Source: an uncultured virus (IMG/VR IMGVR_UViG_2806310815_000005)
Lineage: Duplodnaviria > Heunggongvirae > Uroviricota > Caudoviricetes
IMG/VR virus record: IMGVR_UViG_2806310815_000005
DNA length: 64,000 nt
Reading direction: 5' to 3' (one strand)
Under the pieces are notes generated by a model. It made no database searches. It was not told where the DNA came from and saw only the letters and a program-made list of their open reading frames with translations. Position numbers and translations under genes: made by a program. Shown here piece by piece: positions 41,020 to 49,646 of the stretch; the first letter of the stretch is position 1; each line of letters opens with the position of its first letter.

Positions 41020-42283
41020 AAGTTTTGTCAAAGAATATCAATTATCATTAAGAAATATTTAACGAATTTGTACAATAAATTTGTTTATTTTACATTTACA
41101 GAAAATTACTAATTTGTTTAAAAGCTTTAAATATAGAATTTACCCCACCGACTCTCAAAAGGAGCTGATACACAAGCATTGTGGTAGTGCTAGGTTCATA
41201 TACAACTTAGCTTTGGAGACAAAACAAATGGCTTATGCAGGAAACAAGGTAAACTTAACTTGTTTTGAACTTATCAAACAACTACCTGAACTTAAAAAAG
41301 AGCTTCCTTGGCTTAAAGATTGTAACAGTCAATCTTTACAAGCACCAATAAGGAATTTAGACAACGCTTTTACAAAATTCTTTAAAGGTCAGGCGGATTT
41401 TCCTGTATTCAAGAAAAAATCAAATAAAGGTAGTTTTAACATACCTCAAAATGTAATATTATCCGATGAAGTATTGGTGATACCTAAATTTAGAGAAGGT
41501 ATTAAGATTAAAATACATAGGGACTATTATGGTAAAATTAAAAGCGCTACAATATCTTATACTTCTACTGGAAAATACTTTGTTTCAATACTATGTGATA
41601 CGGAAGAAGAAAAACCTAGTAAACCAAAAATAACAGAAGAAAGCTCTGTAGGTATCGACCTAGGAATTAAAGACTTTATCGTTTCATCAGAAGCGCAAGT
41701 ATTTGATAATCCAAAATATTTAAGAAAGTCAGAAAAAAGATTAAAATTTTTACAAAGAAAGTATTCAAAACATAAAGGAAAAAGAACAAAACTAAAATTA
41801 GCAAAGTTACACGAAAAAGTAGCAAACCAACGAAAAGATTTTTTACATAAAGTTTCTAAAGAGCTTATCAAGAACCACGATACAATTTGTACAGAAACTC
41901 TACAGGTAAGAAATATGTTGAAAAACCACAATCTAGCAAAATCAATAAGTGATGCAGGTTGGGGTATGTTTATGACAATGTTAGAGTACAAATCTGAATG
42001 GTACGGTAAGAACCTGATTAAAATAGGCACTTTTGAACCATCCTCTAAGACTTGCGGTAATTGTGGGTTAATAAACAAAGATTTGCAATTAAAAGACCGA
42101 GAATGGACTTGTAAAAGCTGTTCTACTATACTTGACCGTGATTTGAACGCTGCTTGTAACATTAAAAACTTTGCTTTAAGAAACTATGTGTCTGGGACGG
42201 ACACTGAAAATCAGAACGAACTGCCTACATTGGTAGGAGTGTTGACTTCTGAAACTAATACACTTTAGTGCTTAGTAGTTCAC
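41020..42283 (+). mobile_element. IS200/IS605-family (IS1341-like, tnpB-only) insertion sequence
   Basis: Right end GAA-ACTAATACAC-TTTA-GTGCTTAGT-AGTTCAC (subterminal hairpin plus TTCAC); left junction inferred after TTAT; no target duplication; no tnpA. Confidence 0.75.
41114..42268 (+). CDS. tnpB: RNA-guided endonuclease TnpB
   Basis: N-terminal FKYRIYPT; RuvC-I GIDLG; RuvC-II TETL; zinc finger CGNC...CKSC; RuvC-III DRDLNAACNI. Start probably TTG 41114 (track gives 41081). Confidence 0.95.
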   Translation: MFKSFKYRIYPTDSQKELIHKHCGSARFIYNLALETKQMAYAGNKVNLTCFELIKQLPELKKELPWLKDCNSQSLQAPIRNLDNAFTKFFKGQADFPVFKKKSNKGSFNIPQNVILSDEVLVIPKFREGIKIKIHRDYYGKIKSATISYTSTGKYFVSILCDTEEEKPSKPKITEESSVGIDLGIKDFIVSSEAQVFDNPKYLRKSEKRLKFLQRKYSKHKGKRTKLKLAKLHEKVANQRKDFLHKVSKELIKNHDTICTETLQVRNMLKNHNLAKSISDAGWGMFMTMLEYKSEWYGKNLIKIGTFEPSSKTCGNCGLINKDLQLKDREWTCKSCSTILDRDLNAACNIKNFALRNYVSGTDTENQNELPTLVGVLTSETNTL

Positions 42284-42300
42284 TTAGTAATCGCGGCAGC
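42150..42300 (+). ncRNA. predicted TnpB omega/reRNA (3' tnpB plus right end) with flanking guide; boundaries approximate
   Basis: Inferred from established TnpB biology: the scaffold overlaps the tnpB 3' end and right end, and the guide starts after TTCAC (42284, TTAGTAATCGCGGCAG). Confidence 0.55.
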
Positions 42301-42606
42301 ATCAGGGATTATCTCTGTCTATGTTTACCGTAATAACGAAAAAACATTAGATAAATACTTTGATTTAGGTGATAAAGCTTGGGATAAAGCTAATGTAGAT
42401 GAAAAAATCGCCGCACTAAAGAAAAAATTAATTGAATTACAACAAGAGAAAATTTCAAAAAAGTAAAACTATGAAAAAAGGAAGCGACGGACTATTAACA
42501 GATATCATCTTTGAAGATACAATGGGGGGATAATAAAGTAAAAACAAAGATATGAATTAGAAGATAAATGGTTATGATCCCTGCAAGGAAACCAATTTTT
42601 TAATTT

Positions 42607-42637
42607 AAACCCTTAGATTAATTTCTAGGGGTTTTTT
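42607..42637. terminator. bidirectional terminator at the strand convergence
   Basis: AAACCCTTAGA-TTAATT-TCTAGGGGTTT with T-runs; lies where + and - gene blocks converge. Confidence 0.7.
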
Positions 42638-43106
42638 CGTTTGGATACATACTCGCTAAATACAAAAAATACTCCGCCTCAACAACATCCCAATGCTTAA
42701 TTAAATACTCAGGAAAGATAGATCCACCGTCTTGAACCAGATAAGGAAAAGCCACGTGACCATTTTCTAAAGACAATAAGTGATAAAGCTCGTGATACAA
42801 AACAGCTTTCCTAAAAGTAGGAAGATAGTTTGGAATATCAGCATTAACAAGGATTATCTTACGGTCATTCCTAGTCGCTCCGTGACGACCTTCTAAGTTA
42901 CTTGACACATAGATACCTTCAAGTAAAGAAAGCCGCTTAAAATCGATATTATACTTAGCACAAGACTTAATAAAGTCAGTTAGAACAGGTTTATAGAAAT
43001 CATCTACCTTAATAACTTTTCCGTCAGGAAGTACAAAATCAGAAACCTGAGCCTCCAAAGAAAGGAAACCCAGGTTTAAAATTAAAAATATAATTAACTT
43101 TTTCAT
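42618..43106 (-). CDS. exported zincin-like metallopeptidase (162 aa)
   Basis: Signal peptide MKKLIIFLILNLGFLSLEA-Q; HELYH (HExxH) plus a downstream His (ENGH). Confidence 0.65.
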   Translation of the reverse strand: MKKLIIFLILNLGFLSLEAQVSDFVLPDGKVIKVDDFYKPVLTDFIKSCAKYNIDFKRLSLLEGIYVSSNLEGRHGATRNDRKIILVNADIPNYLPTFRKAVLYHELYHLLSLENGHVAFPYLVQDGGSIFPEYLIKHWDVVEAEYFLYLASMYPNEKTPRN

Positions 43107-43109
43107 AAC

Positions 43110-43850
43110 TTAAACGTATCTTAAAGATGTTTTGTGTGGGTTGTGCAATATAGCATTACTCAAGTATTTATAACTTTGTGGTTTTGAATAAGAGGCTTCT
43201 TTTAAAGAATCATAATATATTCCTGTATCAGTGTCTAAGACTATTTTAGCACTTTTTCCTTTTTTACCTTTAGATTTACTATTGAATATTTTTGTACCAC
43301 CATCCTCAATTTTTTCTCCGTCAGGTGTTATTGAAAAATTTTTCCAATTTTCTAAAGCCTTATTATAGCTATCAGAGGCTTCTATTTCAGATTTAAAATA
43401 ACCCAAATAATATTTCCTTTGCATTATTCTTATGCTTGCCGCCCATCCTTCGCACTTACTGTCTTTTGAAACTCCTTTAAACTTAGAAGTGACATTATTT
43501 CTTTTACTGTTGTAACTATTTTCTCTCTGGGAGCACCACCTTAAGTTAGACAGGTTGTTATTACTTCTATCAGAATCTATATGGTCTACAACTAAACCTT
43601 CTTTTAGACCCTCAAAAGTAATTAATATCAATCTATGTACATATATCCTAGAACTTTTCTTATTCTTATAAAGTTGTACAGATTTATACCCTCTACCATT
43701 ATCATACTGTCTTAATACTTTAGGAGGTTTATTTTCAGTAACACCATTAACTTTTAAAACTTGTCTTCCTAAGCTTTTAACTCTCCCTAGATTACTTGCT
43801 TGATAAAGCCCTTCATAGTCAGGCACATCTTTCCAAATTTCTTCTTCCAT
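43110..43850 (-). CDS. NUMOD4-HNH-AP2 homing endonuclease (246 aa)
   Basis: EIWKDVPDYEGLYQASNLGRVKS (NUMOD4); VHRL..VDHIDSDRSNNNLSNL (HNH); SKFKGVS..YLGYF (AP2-like). Confidence 0.9.
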   Translation of the reverse strand: MEEEIWKDVPDYEGLYQASNLGRVKSLGRQVLKVNGVTENKPPKVLRQYDNGRGYKSVQLYKNKKSSRIYVHRLILITFEGLKEGLVVDHIDSDRSNNNLSNLRWCSQRENSYNSKRNNVTSKFKGVSKDSKCEGWAASIRIMQRKYYLGYFKSEIEASDSYNKALENWKNFSITPDGEKIEDGGTKIFNSKSKGKKGKSAKIVLDTDTGIYYDSLKEASYSKPQSYKYLSNAILHNPHKTSLRYV

Positions 43851-43864
43851 TTTTAAATAAAATA

Positions 43865-43936
43865 CCCGCCAAGCAGAGGTTAAGGATCTCTACGAAGCGG
43901 GGTTTATAATGTTTTAGTTTGCAGCCTTAACTCTAC
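43865..43936 (-). ncRNA. putative structured leader RNA (two hairpins with complementary loops)
   Basis: On -: GTAG[AGTTAAGG]CTGC, then CCCGC..GTAGAG[ATCCTTAAC]CTCTGC..GCGGG; loops GTTAAGG and CCTTAAC are complementary. Confidence 0.55.
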
Positions 43937-43939
43937 GAT

Positions 43940-43979
43940 TACAAATATAAAACAAAATATCTATTCTGCCAAATTTATT
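43940..43979 (-). promoter_or_regulatory. promoter AATAAATTTG-N13-TTTGTTTTATATTTGTA
   Basis: Bacteroidota -33/-7 consensus; the same arrangement occurs at 53778-53817. Confidence 0.7.
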
Positions 43980-45306
43980 AATTTTTCCATTTAAATTTTT
44001 TATAAGATATATCAATTTCCTCTTCATTTAGATCAAAAACCTCGACAACATACCCACTAACACCTTTTTTAAAGTTGTTTTGCACCCATTGGGATGCAGG
44101 ACTAAACGCAGGGTAGTTAAAATAATCAAAATCTTGGGATGTAGTAAAATCTAATAAAAACTGGTGGGAGTCTCCTTTGCAGAAGTGAAAATATTCGTAT
44201 TTATTATATAAATTATTTCCTTTTATGTATTGATCTATTTTTTCTATTGCTTTAGTGTCTAGGACAGGCTTAAATCCGAATTTGAGGGTCTTGTCATCTT
44301 TCCCGTGGCTGATTATAAAACAGTGTTTTCCTACACCATAATGAGAGATAAATTTTCTATGATTATTTACACTAACATTTTCATATTTGGTTTCTAAAAT
44401 ATATTTAGCAGCAGAGTTTATAAAATAGTCAAAATCCCCTCCGTGATTAGAGTTACACACATTTTCACAAATAATTTGAGAATACTGACCAGTAGCTATT
44501 AGTAAGTCTACCATAACAACCTTAAATTCCACAGCAGTGTCAAACACCTCTGTATTAGTCATATTTTGAGGGAGATCATGACCCCCCCTTGTGGTATAAC
44601 CATTATATCCGTCAGCGGTATCACCGAAATCTCGGATGTATAAAATTTCAGAGTTGTTTTGTATACTTTTGTTTACTGTCTGAACAACCATTTCTTTCAT
44701 CCTAGTCATCAACTCTTTTCTATTCCAAACACCTCCGTACAAGCTATTATTGTATTTATCAGGTTCGAGCCCTATGTGTGAATCAGTGTAAGTCATATTA
44801 GTGATGATAGATGTAGAAGCATCTTTTTTGTATGGAATATTATCCGCAGGCTTAATATGCTTTTTAACAACACTTTCAATAAATTCTTCATCGATACCTG
44901 AGACTTCTTTTAAAGTAGGTTTAAATCTAACATTATAAACCATATGTCCTGCATTGTGAGCCACAAGGTTGTACTTTTCCAAGTTGTCAAAAGACAGATT
45001 AAATTTATTACAGTACTCCTCGATACTATAAAATCTATTTAACTCACTGCTCCAAGCAGATGGCATAGAAAATACTTCTTCCTCATCTTCTATATTAACT
45101 GTTTTTTCTTTTTTAGTGGCTTTTTCATTCTCAAAATTAGCATCTGATTTACCACCACCATCTAGATTATTTATAATTCTGCTAAATTTCCGCCTAACAT
45201 TATCTGTATACTCTATACCGTGTTTTTCACAGTATTTTTTAGCTACATCGGTTATTGTGGATTCTTGTTCCCACAAATTTGAAATCTCATTTTCGTTGTA
45301 TTCCAT
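43978..45306 (-). CDS. calcineurin-like metallophosphoesterase with N-terminal extension (442 aa)
   Basis: TDSHIG, DFGD, NSNHG, SHG and GDSH motifs. Confidence 0.7.
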   Translation of the reverse strand: MEYNENEISNLWEQESTITDVAKKYCEKHGIEYTDNVRRKFSRIINNLDGGGKSDANFENEKATKKEKTVNIEDEEEVFSMPSAWSSELNRFYSIEEYCNKFNLSFDNLEKYNLVAHNAGHMVYNVRFKPTLKEVSGIDEEFIESVVKKHIKPADNIPYKKDASTSIITNMTYTDSHIGLEPDKYNNSLYGGVWNRKELMTRMKEMVVQTVNKSIQNNSEILYIRDFGDTADGYNGYTTRGGHDLPQNMTNTEVFDTAVEFKVVMVDLLIATGQYSQIICENVCNSNHGGDFDYFINSAAKYILETKYENVSVNNHRKFISHYGVGKHCFIISHGKDDKTLKFGFKPVLDTKAIEKIDQYIKGNNLYNKYEYFHFCKGDSHQFLLDFTTSQDFDYFNYPAFSPASQWVQNNFKKGVSGYVVEVFDLNEEEIDISYKKFKWKN

Positions 45307-45370
45307 TTATTTAATTTTAGTTACGCAATATAAACTATTTAAGTAATATATGCAAGTTTATTAATTGTTT

Positions 45371-45796
45371 TTACAGTTTATCTTTGAACTTCAAAAAGTT
45401 ATTCCACAAATTCTCCATATTGTCTTTCCCCACAGGATTCGCAGAATGAAAGTACATAACAGGGAAGACATCCACATCTTCATCAAGAAAATAGTTTATA
45501 ATAAACTTAACACAATCTAAACCTGTTTTTTCAGAGTGAGTTTGTAAGTCTTGATATAGTTTAGATACATTATAATCTGACCAGTACTTTTCAGGAGTAT
45601 AGTGTGAATCTCCTAAATCGTGATCAAATGAAATAGCTTGAGGAATACCATACCTTTCAATAAAAAGCACAAACTCTTCGTAATTTCTAACCCAAACCAA
45701 ATCTTCTTGTAAGAATTTTTCGGGAACGCGTTCTTCTAAGTTTAAATAGGGGTTTCTTAAATCGTCTAACCAAAGACATACATTATTTGTTTTCAT
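45371..45796 (-). CDS. cyclic-phosphate-processing receiver-like domain protein
   Basis: LWLDDLR, ISFDHDLG, KTGLDC, HSANPVG pattern; start probably ATG 45796. Confidence 0.75.
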   Translation of the reverse strand: MKTNNVCLWLDDLRNPYLNLEERVPEKFLQEDLVWVRNYEEFVLFIERYGIPQAISFDHDLGDSHYTPEKYWSDYNVSKLYQDLQTHSEKTGLDCVKFIINYFLDEDVDVFPVMYFHSANPVGKDNMENLWNNFLKFKDKL

Positions 45797-45843
45797 ATTC
45801 CAAATTTTTACCACTATTTTAATTTAGTGGTGATTATTAGTTT

Positions 45844-46170
45844 TTATATATCTGTTATTTCTATACCTAATAAAGACACAAGACACTTCATTTCATTATA
45901 ATCCCATTCATTTTCAATATTAAAATTCTCTTCTAAATCTTCAAGCTGTTCTTGTATTTCTTTATTTTTTACTTTCACTCCCCACCAATTATAATCAGAA
46001 GCTAGTGTTAAAATATGAGTATTCTTTTTTATAGTTCTTATCTTATCTATAAAACTCATCTTATTAAAACGAGCAGACATTATTCTATAATCCTCTAAAG
46101 CATACTCTCTAAATTGCTTTTTCATAGTTTGCCACTCTTCGTCTGTATATTTTTGTCTTAAATTTCCCAT
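45844..46170 (-). CDS. hypothetical protein (108 aa)
   Basis: ORF track; TAATG coupling. Confidence 0.6.
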   Translation of the reverse strand: MGNLRQKYTDEEWQTMKKQFREYALEDYRIMSARFNKMSFIDKIRTIKKNTHILTLASDYNWWGVKVKNKEIQEQLEDLEENFNIENEWDYNEMKCLVSLLGIEITDI

Positions 46171-46967
46171 TATTTTCCTGCTATTAGTTCATAAATATCT
46201 TGCTTATGTTTTTGACCGTTCTTTTGACGCGCATATTGACACTTAAACTCTAAGATACGTTCAACAGGATTTACTTTATAAGTATTTCCTTTAAATTCAA
46301 CGATTTTGTACTTTTCATTTGGCTCTATACTTAAATCTAACTTAACTCCTTTTAAAGTGAAAGTTTCATCAAAAGTATTACCGCTGTTTTTAGCGTCAAT
46401 ATGAGCTACACCGTCAAGCTCTTTTAAATCAACCCAAAAAGGGTGTATTAAATCTAAGTCACCACAGCCTTCTACTTCTAATCTCCTTAATCTTGCACCT
46501 TGTAAATATAGAGCAAGACTTCCACCAACAATTAGGTTTGGGAATTTATTTTGTAAATCTCTTACTAAGTTAAGTTTAAGTCTGTCGTCTTCTTCTCTAT
46601 CTTCTTTTTCCTGAACTATTTTATCTAATTCCTCTTTAGACACTTCTTCCAAAAATTCTATATGATCGGTACAAGATTTATTGGACTCATACCCTGTACC
46701 ATCTTTCCAACGACCTTTAATCCTAACTTTAAAGTAACGATTTTCGCCGCCAAGAGAGTACCATTTAAAACAATCTTCCAAAGTATTACAGTAATGAATA
46801 ACTGAACTAGAGCAAATCCTTAAAGATTTGTCCTCAACAGCACCCTCTCCTATACTAGTTACAGATACAACTTTCCTATCAGAAGTTACCATATATTCTT
46901 TACCTAGTTCATACTGCTGTTGTTTACAGTACATATTTTCATCTGTTGCTTTATATCCTATCTTCAT
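46170..46967 (-). CDS. two-domain protein with C-terminal Pol-beta-like nucleotidyltransferase (265 aa)
   Basis: VGGSLAL...GDLDL (GS plus DxD) and a later KLD; N-terminal YKATD..C..QQYELG..IHYC phage domain. Confidence 0.6.
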   Translation of the reverse strand: MKIGYKATDENMYCKQQQYELGKEYMVTSDRKVVSVTSIGEGAVEDKSLRICSSSVIHYCNTLEDCFKWYSLGGENRYFKVRIKGRWKDGTGYESNKSCTDHIEFLEEVSKEELDKIVQEKEDREEDDRLKLNLVRDLQNKFPNLIVGGSLALYLQGARLRRLEVEGCGDLDLIHPFWVDLKELDGVAHIDAKNSGNTFDETFTLKGVKLDLSIEPNEKYKIVEFKGNTYKVNPVERILEFKCQYARQKNGQKHKQDIYELIAGK

Positions 46968-46969
46968 AG

Positions 46970-47116
46970 TTAGTAAGTTTTATTATCAAAATTTGTATTT
47001 TTTAATTCTTCAAACATATGTTTTAATTCTCCCAATGTTTTGTTTTCTATATTTGGTATAATAGCACTAGCTGTATTTAACCACCGTATAAATTCTAGTC
47101 CGTCTTGTTTTTCCAT
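46970..47116 (-). CDS. small hypothetical protein (48 aa)
   Basis: MEKQDGLEFIRWLN...KTY* read directly; fills the gap in the operon. Confidence 0.45.
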   Translation of the reverse strand: MEKQDGLEFIRWLNTASAIIPNIENKTLGELKHMFEELKNTNFDNKTY

Positions 47117-47119
47117 AAT

Positions 47120-47797
47120 TTAAATAAATTTTGGTGTAAAATCTCCTTGACAACATCCAGGAACAGGTAAAAGTAAGTCTCCCGCTTGGTCAACATTTTT
47201 ATTTGACATCATATTTTGATACCATCTTTTTTCAGTTGTTTTTGAAGGATCTACTAATACGTGATACCCACCTTTTGTCTGAACAATGTCAAAACAATCT
47301 ATGTTTCCTGTGGCTTCGTAAACTATATCCTTAATATGCTTATCGTAGTTTTTATTTGAAATATCAAAATCAAAATCGACTCTAAAAGAACCTGACTTAC
47401 TTACCTGTATTGCATTTAAAGCGATTGACTTCGGATTCTGATACCTATCTTTACCTATGTTGTCAAGTATCATTTTAGCCGTTTTAATAGATGCATTTTT
47501 CATACTTCTAGGTGTCGGATGGATATACAAAGCCAATGTATCTAAAGGAATATCTTCAACCCCATTTATCTTATAACTACCAACAGGACATTCCATCTTT
47601 CTAATTTTATCAAACAGCCTATCTTTAGTAGAGGTAGTTCTTGCTAGTTGAGATTTATCTGATTTCAGTATGTTTGTTTTATCATACTTACTTCTTGCAA
47701 ACAAAGCTAAATAAAATTGTTCTCCGTCTTTTAAATTGGGAAGCCATTCAATAAATTTTTTTAATTTATCTTCGTCTTTAATAATTTTGTAATTCAT
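47120..47797 (-). CDS. AEP (primase/PrimPol) superfamily-like protein (225 aa)
   Basis: RVDFDFD (motif I, DxD), TKGGYHVL (motif II) and a downstream D (NVD). Confidence 0.55.
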   Translation of the reverse strand: MNYKIIKDEDKLKKFIEWLPNLKDGEQFYLALFARSKYDKTNILKSDKSQLARTTSTKDRLFDKIRKMECPVGSYKINGVEDIPLDTLALYIHPTPRSMKNASIKTAKMILDNIGKDRYQNPKSIALNAIQVSKSGSFRVDFDFDISNKNYDKHIKDIVYEATGNIDCFDIVQTKGGYHVLVDPSKTTEKRWYQNMMSNKNVDQAGDLLLPVPGCCQGDFTPKFI

Positions 47798-48896
47798 TAT
47801 TTCTTATTTTAAGTTCAATATTACAAATAAATTCTAAATCCACTTCATCTTTTAACGAAGAGTTAACATATAATTCTTTTAGTTCTTCTGCTTTAATAGA
47901 CCATTCATCCATAATTTTCTTTAAATCAACATCCCCTTTTTTGATGTCTAACAGAAAATTTCTGTCTTTTGTTCTATCCACATTTATAGAGTTTTGAAGG
48001 GGTATTTCTTGGGCAGTCATAATAAGCCTCACAGTATGCATTATATTTTTACCGTCATAGTCTTGACCGTGTTTTTTATTAGTAGCTACCCTAGTCTCGT
48101 TTCTAGCTTTTAACCACTTTTGATATTCTCTATACTCCTTACAGTGAGTGGAATAAGCCTCTCGATTAAAATACATAATACCCTTCCAATCGTTTATCCT
48201 ATATTTTTCTATCACAGATTTTCTAGGTTCATTTGTGCTTTCCTCTCCGATACCTTTATAACCCCTTTCTGAGAAACTTATATCATCAAACCTATGATTA
48301 TCATTTACCCATTTTATATCGTCCAAATAAAACCTATAACAATCTCTAAAACCATCTATTGATGCAAGACCTACTTGTTGTTGTGTATAGTCATTATCTT
48401 TTAACCAATCTTTAACTAAAAAAGTCTTACCTGACTCTCTATCAACAATTTTAGAAAAATCGATTATATCTTTTCTTTCAGTTCTTTTTTTCTCCCAATT
48501 AAATTTTTTATTTAAACCTTGCGCTTTTGAAAGCTGGGTCTTAGCATAACCTGAGAAAGTATTATAACATTTCTTAGATAAGAACTCCTCTTTAATTGAC
48601 AGTAAATACTTCCATTCATCAGTCCAATATAGCATACATCTATCAGGTAAAAATAAGAGCTCTAGTACGTTTGGATTTCCAACAGAGACAAGTTCTAAAA
48701 AACGCCTTAGTTCGTAATAAACTGTATCTGCATCCACATCTATTTGAGCAATATAATTGTTAGATAAAATATCTTCATTAGGTTGCAGAAATACGCCTTT
48801 AATATCTTGATCAGACTCAGGGGTATCTAATCCGTATGCTTGACTACCGACTATACCTTCAAAAATTATTTTATATTTATTTTGTAGTAATTTCAT
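47778..48896 (-). CDS. Pol-beta superfamily nucleotidyltransferase, RlaP-like (372 aa)
   Basis: GSQAYGLDTPESDQDIKGVF, GNPNVLELL, FSGYAKTQ, YDGKNIMHTVRL, LLDIKKG. Confidence 0.85.
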   Translation of the reverse strand: MKLLQNKYKIIFEGIVGSQAYGLDTPESDQDIKGVFLQPNEDILSNNYIAQIDVDADTVYYELRRFLELVSVGNPNVLELLFLPDRCMLYWTDEWKYLLSIKEEFLSKKCYNTFSGYAKTQLSKAQGLNKKFNWEKKRTERKDIIDFSKIVDRESGKTFLVKDWLKDNDYTQQQVGLASIDGFRDCYRFYLDDIKWVNDNHRFDDISFSERGYKGIGEESTNEPRKSVIEKYRINDWKGIMYFNREAYSTHCKEYREYQKWLKARNETRVATNKKHGQDYDGKNIMHTVRLIMTAQEIPLQNSINVDRTKDRNFLLDIKKGDVDLKKIMDEWSIKAEELKELYVNSSLKDEVDLEFICNIELKIRNNELQNY

Positions 48897-49314
48897 TTCT
48901 TCTAATTAAACTTAATAGTAATGTTCTCTCACAATTTAAATTTGCCGTTTGTTTTACAGCTTTCTGTATAATCTCTATTTTATCGTCAATCAAATACAAT
49001 AAACCCCAATTACTAGGCAACTCTCTAACTGAAATTAAATTTTCTGTACAGCAAAAATAACGAAATTCTCCAACACCTAATTCACAATTTTTCCTAAATT
49101 TTTTCTTTTTATCCGCTAAAAAATCGCTACGAGAAGTCTTAACCTCAATTAAAACAGAAGCCCAACTACAAAAACCAATTATATCAGGTATTTCTCCTGT
49201 AACAGTAGCTGAAGAAAATTCAGATAAAACAGTAGGACAATTTGGAACTAGAATATTCTTATTATGTTTCTTTAGCCACTTAGCTGATATTTTAACAATT
49301 TCTGAGTGTGTCAT
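48877..49314 (-). CDS. PD-(D/E)XK nuclease-fold protein, MmcB-like (145 aa)
   Basis: EIPDIIG...LIEVKTSRSDFLADKKK...WGLL. Confidence 0.7.
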   Translation of the reverse strand: MTHSEIVKISAKWLKKHNKNILVPNCPTVLSEFSSATVTGEIPDIIGFCSWASVLIEVKTSRSDFLADKKKKFRKNCELGVGEFRYFCCTENLISVRELPSNWGLLYLIDDKIEIIQKAVKQTANLNCERTLLLSLIRRNEITTK

Positions 49315-49317
49315 AAT

Positions 49318-49641
49318 CTACACTTTTATAATTTTCCAATGTTTAAAATCTTTGTCCCAACTCCTTTTTAAATCTAAGTAGTAATGACCACCACCACGTT
49401 CAATAACATTTACCTTATACCACCAAGCAGTCTTTTTTAATAAATATACTAATTCTTCATTTTCAGACCAACCACCTGTATGGATCTCAATTAAGTTGTT
49501 ATCTATTTCTATGTTACCATATCCAGTCTGATACAAACTGCAAAACACTTCAAAAGCTTCTTCCCATAAGTCAATCTTTCGTTGACCATCTTCTTTAGAG
49601 TCGTTTTCAAAATCTAAAACGTATTTTTCTAATTCTTTCAT
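49318..49641 (-). CDS. hypothetical protein
   Basis: ORF track; probable start MKELEKY at 49641; contains HTGGWSENE. Confidence 0.6.
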   Translation of the reverse strand: MKELEKYVLDFENDSKEDGQRKIDLWEEAFEVFCSLYQTGYGNIEIDNNLIEIHTGGWSENEELVYLLKKTAWWYKVNVIERGGGHYYLDLKRSWDKDFKHWKIIKV

Positions 49642-49646
49642 ATTAT

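Larger units (their letters stand above)
40996..42466 (+). pseudogene. small membrane/coiled-coil protein gene (68 aa) interrupted by the IS element
   Basis: 40996-41019 (MLGTLLTY) joins in frame to 42284-42466 (LVIAAASGIISVYVYRNNEK...QQEKISKK*), rebuilding one continuous TM helix. Confidence 0.7.

Noticed and set aside
41557..42162. 201-aa ORF antisense to tnpB
   Set aside because: It lies fully inside tnpB on the opposite strand with no recognisable motif or promoter, and it is not a TnpA (no HUH motif).
41020..42283. IStron (group I intron plus TnpB) that would splice to restore the host gene
   Set aside because: Only about 95 nt separate the left end from tnpB, too little for a group I core, and the element ends in TTCAC rather than a terminal G.
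47360..47385. DFDFD as an RNA polymerase catalytic motif
   Set aside because: The protein is only 225 aa, and the following TKGGYH fits the AEP superfamily better.
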